NCBI GenBank assembly: GCA_049968235.1
Contig: JBMFRC010000004.1
Location: 128,001-192,000 of the forward strand
Direction of reading: 5' to 3'
Length of the DNA stretch: 64,000 nt
From: Candidatus Hydrogenedens sp.
GTDB taxonomy: Bacteria > Hydrogenedentota > Hydrogenedentia > Hydrogenedentales > Hydrogenedentaceae
The translations under genes and the position numbers were made by a program. Of this stretch, positions 59,188 through 64,000 are shown piece by piece; the first letter of the stretch is position 1, and each line of letters opens with the position of its first letter. The notes beneath the pieces are model-generated. The model ran no database searches. It saw only the letters and a program-made list of their open reading frames with translations, and was not told the DNA's origin.

Positions 59188-61722
59188 ATGAATGACGAAG
59201 AGAAAAATAAAGAACCTACTTCTTTAAATTCTCCTGATAACAATATTAATTCTTCATCATCGAATCAGGAGAAAGGGGTTGATGAGGTATTAGACCAATC
59301 CTTTATTGACTCTTTATTTCAAAATGCTCAAAAAGAGGCATCCCCACCTCCCATTGATACTCCATCCCCAGAAAGTTCACCTCAAACTTCTACCCCTGCA
59401 AAGGAGGAAATTCCTCCTAATTTAGCACAGAAAATAGTTGCTCCTCCTAAAAAACAAGATGCAGAAGTGGCATTACTCAGTCAGGATGAAATTGAGGAAT
59501 TGATTGAGTTAGCACGAAAAGAGGATAAAGAACGGCAAAAGAAGAAACAGGAAATATTAGAACAAATCACCAGTAAAGCAGTGGCTCAGCCCAGTCAAAA
59601 ACCTGTTTCTAAGAAGAAAATTAATTTAAAAAAATACCTCATCCCTATTGGTATCAGTCTGATATTAGGACTAACGAGTGGGATATGGACTTATATTTAT
59701 CTCATGAAGAATCGTCTAATTCCTGTGGAAGAGATAGCACCTACATATACGAAAGACCTTTCTACAGCAAAGGAATATGCGAAGATACTTATTGATGACA
59801 AACAATACTTAAACGCAATATATATATTAGAGAGGGCTTTGAAAAATAATCCACAATCTTCCCCTGATAAAGCAGATGCTCAATTCCTTTTAATTAAAGC
59901 GAAATACCTTTCCGGAAGAATAAATCCGGGAACAAAGGAATTTCAAAAGTTCATAGATGAAATAGAAACCGTAACAAAAGAAAATCCTGACCATCCTATG
60001 GCACCTTATGTATTCCTCTGGAAAGGGAAACTTCATGAGGCTGATAATTTTCCATATCCCGCTATAGAAGCGTATGAACGAATCGTTCAAACTTATCCTC
60101 AATTTGAAGGGCGAGATGAGGCTTTGTTTGCATTAAGTCGTCTTGAATTACAGATGAACAACACTGTGAAATCAGCCCAGTGGGGACAGCAATTGATAAA
60201 AGAATTTCCTGCTTCCCCTTATGCATTAGAGGCAAGGTTCAATCTTGCGGAATCATATCGTTTGACAGGATTATTGGAAGATGCGAGAACATTATATATT
60301 CGAATTGCAGATATGGCACCTGACACAGAAATAGGTGCTCGGGCAATTCTCCGTTTATCTGAAATGGCATATAAACAAGGGAGATATGAACAGGCATTAA
60401 TCCCATTAGAAACAAAATTAAATTATATTCGTCAGTTCCAATATAACGATGAAGCATATTTATTGTTAGCAAAAACATATAAGGCACTCGGAAGATTAGA
60501 GGAAGCCAGAACTGCTTTGCAAGATTTACTGTTTTTTTTCCCTGCTTCCGAAGTTCATCCTCATGCATGGGTAGAACTAAGTCAGATATATTACTCCTTA
60601 GGAGATAAAGAAAAAGCATTTCAAACCGCGAATGAGGCGAGTCTTTTATATCCAAACCATCCTGATGTATTGGCAAATAAAGCAGACTTTTTAGCTTTAC
60701 AGGGTAATTCATATGCTTCTGCTATTGCTTATCTTGAAGCAGAAAAAAATGGAGGAATCAAACCATCATATTTACTAAAAGCAGGGCAACTATTAATGAT
60801 AAATTCTCAACTTGAAGAGGCGATAAAAGCATTTGATGAATTGAAGAATCGCTATTATGGGACAAAAGAGGCATTAAAAGGAAGTATTGAAAGAGCAAAA
60901 TGTCTGTATAAATTAGGGAAGTTTTCTTCTGCTGTTTCTTCGCTTGAAGATTTGAAGAAATTAACTCCCGCTACAGAACCTGAATATAAAAGTATATTAC
61001 AGGAATTGACGACGATGTATTTTGAACTTGGTCTTAAAGAAACATCTGCCGAAATTGCAAAAGAGTGGTTCCAAAAAGCGGATACCCCGGAAGAAAAGAT
61101 TAATTCTGCCATGTTCCTGATTAATAATGATAATACAAATATAGTTTATTCCAATCTGTCATCTATTGATTTATCTACCGTTAACAAGGAAAAAACAGTA
61201 AATTTTCTTTATTTGTTATCACAAAAATTATTAACAACGCTTCCCTCTGAAGGATTGGCTCTTTTAGAACAGGTGTATTATCAATATCCTGAATTTAGGT
61301 CATCCGATATCCGCTATCATTTGTTAGAAACATATATCCATACGGAACGAACAACTTCAGCAAGGCGAATTATTCAAGATTGGGAAACAGAACTGGATAC
61401 ACAAAAAGAATCTATTCAGAATTTTATTGATGGAGAAATTTTATGGGGTAATTATATGTTTGAAAGACAAGAATGGGAACCTGCGTTGCAGGCATATTCT
61501 ACTGCTATTGAAATTTCCGAGAAAAATGGGGAACAATTGCAGGGAATACGATTTCATACGGATTGGGCAAAATATCAGAGAGCCAATATTCTTGCTCAAA
61601 CATCTCTGATGGAGGAATCTATAAAAATACTTGATGAGTTGATACGAGCCAAATCAGCATTGACATCTTTAGCCCAGGTAAAACTAGAACAAATTAAACT
61701 TGAAATGATTGCAAAAAAGTAA
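59188..61722 (+). CDS. Large TPR-repeat protein with low-complexity S/P-rich N-terminus and single TM anchor
   Basis: 844 aa; N-terminal SSSSN/PPPIDTPSPESSPQTSTP tract, TM (LIPIGISLILGLTSGIWTYIYLM), then many TPR-like repeats. Confidence 0.6.
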   Translation: MNDEEKNKEPTSLNSPDNNINSSSSNQEKGVDEVLDQSFIDSLFQNAQKEASPPPIDTPSPESSPQTSTPAKEEIPPNLAQKIVAPPKKQDAEVALLSQDEIEELIELARKEDKERQKKKQEILEQITSKAVAQPSQKPVSKKKINLKKYLIPIGISLILGLTSGIWTYIYLMKNRLIPVEEIAPTYTKDLSTAKEYAKILIDDKQYLNAIYILERALKNNPQSSPDKADAQFLLIKAKYLSGRINPGTKEFQKFIDEIETVTKENPDHPMAPYVFLWKGKLHEADNFPYPAIEAYERIVQTYPQFEGRDEALFALSRLELQMNNTVKSAQWGQQLIKEFPASPYALEARFNLAESYRLTGLLEDARTLYIRIADMAPDTEIGARAILRLSEMAYKQGRYEQALIPLETKLNYIRQFQYNDEAYLLLAKTYKALGRLEEARTALQDLLFFFPASEVHPHAWVELSQIYYSLGDKEKAFQTANEASLLYPNHPDVLANKADFLALQGNSYASAIAYLEAEKNGGIKPSYLLKAGQLLMINSQLEEAIKAFDELKNRYYGTKEALKGSIERAKCLYKLGKFSSAVSSLEDLKKLTPATEPEYKSILQELTTMYFELGLKETSAEIAKEWFQKADTPEEKINSAMFLINNDNTNIVYSNLSSIDLSTVNKEKTVNFLYLLSQKLLTTLPSEGLALLEQVYYQYPEFRSSDIRYHLLETYIHTERTTSARRIIQDWETELDTQKESIQNFIDGEILWGNYMFERQEWEPALQAYSTAIEISEKNGEQLQGIRFHTDWAKYQRANILAQTSLMEESIKILDELIRAKSALTSLAQVKLEQIKLEMIAKK

Positions 61723-61734
61723 GAAAGAACAGAG

Positions 61735-62181
61735 ATGACATCCTTTAAAGAGAAACAGTCGCAGAATTTTTTATATTGGTCTCAACGACAACAAGCATGG
61801 CTAAAATCCCAAATAAAATCAGCAGAAAACCTGAAATTGTTGTTAGAAAAAAATAATTTAGATAATGAAATAGAAACGGAAATAAAAAAACATGGAAAAC
61901 AAAATGAGCAATTAAATACATTGATACAAGAATATGATATTTTAAGAAAAGAAATACCCTCTGATATTTTAAAGGAACAAAAGAATCAGGAAATTATTAA
62001 AGGAATAAAAGAACTTATTCAGACATTGATAAAAATTAATGATGAAATATATCAAATAGTGTTAAAACAAAAAGAAAATCTTCAAAAAGAAATGGGTGAC
62101 TTTTTCTCACTAAAAAGTCGGTTTGAAAAATACAATCCACAGGGGAAAAAGTTATCGGAAAATGTAGATTATGATGTCTAA
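61735..62181 (+). CDS. Hypothetical coiled-coil protein, translationally coupled to downstream histidine kinase
   Basis: 148 aa, K/E/Q-rich helical; 11-nt overlap with HK start. Confidence 0.4.
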   Translation: MTSFKEKQSQNFLYWSQRQQAWLKSQIKSAENLKLLLEKNNLDNEIETEIKKHGKQNEQLNTLIQEYDILRKEIPSDILKEQKNQEIIKGIKELIQTLIKINDEIYQIVLKQKENLQKEMGDFFSLKSRFEKYNPQGKKLSENVDYDV

Positions 62182-63343
62182 ACCTACAGAAAAAATGGTT
62201 TCTATTTCTCAGATAGATTTAGAGAACCTTACAAAAGCATTAGAAGAATTTACCAAAACCAGTCAATCATGGGAGCAGGCATATTCATTACTACAAAAAA
62301 GGATTTCCGAACTTAACCATGAATTGGAATTAAAAAATCATGAATTAGCAATGACATCCGAATATTTAGGTAATCTTCTGGAATCTATATCGGATGGTGT
62401 TATTGCAGTAGATCTGGAGGATAAAATAAATCGTTTTAACCGTTCTGCTTCGCTTATTTCGGGATATAAATCTTCGGAAGTTTTAGGCAAAAAATTTTCT
62501 GAAGTTTTTAACCGCCCCTTCTCTATCGAAGAAAATAATGAGAATACTTATCAACTCTGTTCGAAAACAGGGAGGCTCATTCCTATTACAGAACGAAATT
62601 CTTTTATAACAGATTCACATGGAAATGTAATAGGAAAAGTCAAAGTTTTCCAGGATTTAAGTGAAATTCTTGAGCTAAGGGCGCACATTCAACATAAGGA
62701 GAGGTTAGCATTAATAGGAGAAATGTCTGCTACCATTGCTCATGAAATACGCAATCCGTTAGGGGGGATACGCGGATTTGCTTCCTTTCTGGCACAGGAC
62801 TTACCCGAAGATGACCCAAGACAAAGATTTGTAAAAAAGATAATGCAAGGAATCCAGACATTAGAACACACTATCAATGATTTATTAGAGTATGCTCGCC
62901 CTATAGAATTAAAACAGGAAGTAAGACCTTTATGTGAGTTAATTCGTTCCAGTTTAGAATTTCTATCCTATGATAAAAAGAATATATCCATTCTGGTGGA
63001 ATGTCCTCCTGAGATAAAAACTAACTTTGATTTTATCCGCATGAAACAGGTTATCACGAACATTGTTGTAAATGCGGTTCAAAGTATTAGCACACAGGGG
63101 ATAATTAAGATTAAAGGCGAAGTAGAAAATAAATTTGTTCGAATAGAAATAAAAGATAATGGCTGTGGAATAAAACCTGAAATACTACCCAAGATTTTTT
63201 CCCCATTTTTTTCGACAAAAGAAAGGGGAACAGGTTTAGGATTAGCCTTGTGTGCTAAAATTGTAGATGCACATGGAGGACAAATTAAAGCAGAAAGTGC
63301 TGTGGGCGAAGGGACTACAATCACAATATGGTTGCCTTTATAG
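62171..63343 (+). CDS. PAS-domain sensor histidine kinase (NtrB-like, cytoplasmic)
   Basis: PAS (LESISDGVIAVD), H-box HEIRNPLGGI, N/G1/G2 boxes (DNGCGI, GTGLGLAL). Confidence 0.8.
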   Translation: MMSKPTEKMVSISQIDLENLTKALEEFTKTSQSWEQAYSLLQKRISELNHELELKNHELAMTSEYLGNLLESISDGVIAVDLEDKINRFNRSASLISGYKSSEVLGKKFSEVFNRPFSIEENNENTYQLCSKTGRLIPITERNSFITDSHGNVIGKVKVFQDLSEILELRAHIQHKERLALIGEMSATIAHEIRNPLGGIRGFASFLAQDLPEDDPRQRFVKKIMQGIQTLEHTINDLLEYARPIELKQEVRPLCELIRSSLEFLSYDKKNISILVECPPEIKTNFDFIRMKQVITNIVVNAVQSISTQGIIKIKGEVENKFVRIEIKDNGCGIKPEILPKIFSPFFSTKERGTGLGLALCAKIVDAHGGQIKAESAVGEGTTITIWLPL

Positions 63344-63375
63344 GAAGAATTCAAATAGTTCAGAAGGGATAAATT

Positions 63376-64000
63376 ATGCCAAAAGCAAAAATTCTTGTAA
63401 TTGACGATGAGCCTCTCATGCGTGAATTTATCGAGGAAGCCATGACTCGTGCTGGCTATCGTGTGGTGAGTTCTGGAAGTGGCGCAGAAGGGGTAGAATT
63501 GATTAAAACACAACCCTTTGATTTGATAATAACGGACTTAAAAATGGAACCGGTTGATGGTATGGAGGTGTTACAAGAAAGTGTTAAGGTCTCCCCGGAG
63601 ATACCTGTTATCATAATGACTGCTTACGCAACAATAGAAACCGCCATCAGGACATTAAAAGCAGGTGCAGTAGATTATCTTGTAAAGCCTTTTACTCCGG
63701 AGGCTATTGAAATTGCAGTAAAACGGGCTCTGGACAAAGTCAAAATGAACGCAGAAAATAAGTACCTCCGTTCGGAACTGAATGCATATTTAGGTCCTCC
63801 TGAAATTATTGGAAAAAGTAAAATAATGCAAGAATTGCATGAGAAAATAAACAAGATTGCTGATTCTCGTTCCACCGTGCTTATTCGTGGAGAAACTGGA
63901 GTAGGAAAAGAGTTAGTGGCACGGACGATTCATGTCTTAAGTCCTCGAAGAGAAAAACCTTTTATAAAGGTAAATTGTGCCGCTCTTTCTTCAGGTATTC
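63376..64000 (+). CDS. Sigma-54-dependent response regulator (NtrC family), 3'-truncated by window end
   Basis: Receiver domain (ILVIDDE...DLIITDLKMEP...K) followed by sigma54-activator AAA+ domain start (VLIRGETGVGKELVARTIH). Confidence 0.8.
   Translation, partial: MPKAKILVIDDEPLMREFIEEAMTRAGYRVVSSGSGAEGVELIKTQPFDLIITDLKMEPVDGMEVLQESVKVSPEIPVIIMTAYATIETAIRTLKAGAVDYLVKPFTPEAIEIAVKRALDKVKMNAENKYLRSELNAYLGPPEIIGKSKIMQELHEKINKIADSRSTVLIRGETGVGKELVARTIHVLSPRREKPFIKVNCAALSSGI

Noticed and set aside
63079-63513. 144-aa minus-strand ORF spanning the HK / sigma54-RR junction, and the 66-aa ORF at 63675..63875
   Set aside because: Both are antisense to strongly supported histidine kinase and NtrC-family coding sequence. 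They are shadow ORFs.
1-64000. CRISPR arrays, tRNA, rRNA, IS elements or transposases
   Set aside because: No regularly spaced direct repeats, cloverleaf-like tRNA candidates in intergenic gaps, rRNA-like segments or transposase ORFs were found. The largest intergenic gaps (17644-18238, 46094-46315, 50987-51203, 59022-59187) are AT-rich divergent promoter regions.

Overview
This 64 kb window looks like chromosomal DNA from a low-GC (roughly 35-38% by eye) diderm bacterium with compact, mostly minus-strand operons. I called about 60 protein-coding genes. I found no rRNA, tRNA, CRISPR array, transposase or prophage signal. Three groups of genes stand out.

- **Envelope-biogenesis run (13371 down to 82).** bamA, skp, lpxD and a fused lpxC-fabZ are followed by an HlyD/ABC/ABC-2 exporter. 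After that comes a tight four-gene operon: MFS transporter, Pcs-like CDP-alcohol phosphatidyltransferase, GT-C glycosyltransferase and Sfp-type phosphopantetheinyl transferase.
- **Firmicutes-style stress and repair genes.** mcsA-mcsB-clpC has no ctsR upstream. radA-disA sits in one co-directional block with pyrK-pyrD-pyrF-pyrE and a GH4 glycosidase.
- **Glycan foraging and secretion.** GH33 sialidase, GH29 fucosidase, GH4 hydrolase, a sugar-phosphate isomerase, and a 1201-aa secreted clan-CD (C25, gingipain-like) peptidase with FN3, an EG-rich linker and dockerin-like C-terminal repeats.

The remaining genes are plsX-rpmF-yceD, xerD, hupB, ppk1, a GlpA-like/DUF1667 oxidoreductase triad, two thioredoxin-like proteins, tandem alpha/beta hydrolases, and two signalling modules. 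One signalling module is a response regulator with a degenerate GGDEF domain. The other is a TPR protein, a small coiled-coil protein, a PAS histidine kinase and a sigma54-type regulator that runs off the window end.

A prepilin/DUF1559 protein plus the glycan hydrolases suggest a PVC-superphylum-like or candidate-phylum organism. The candidates for something undescribed are:

- the Pcs-like/GT-C/PPTase operon;
- the PLP-decarboxylase/SDR/DeoC/nitroreductase operon;
- the HEAT/acylphosphatase/coiled-coil trio;
- the dockerin-bearing C25 peptidase;
- two perfect inverted repeats in divergent promoter regions.

All calls come from reading the translated ORFs and the DNA by eye. No database search was run.
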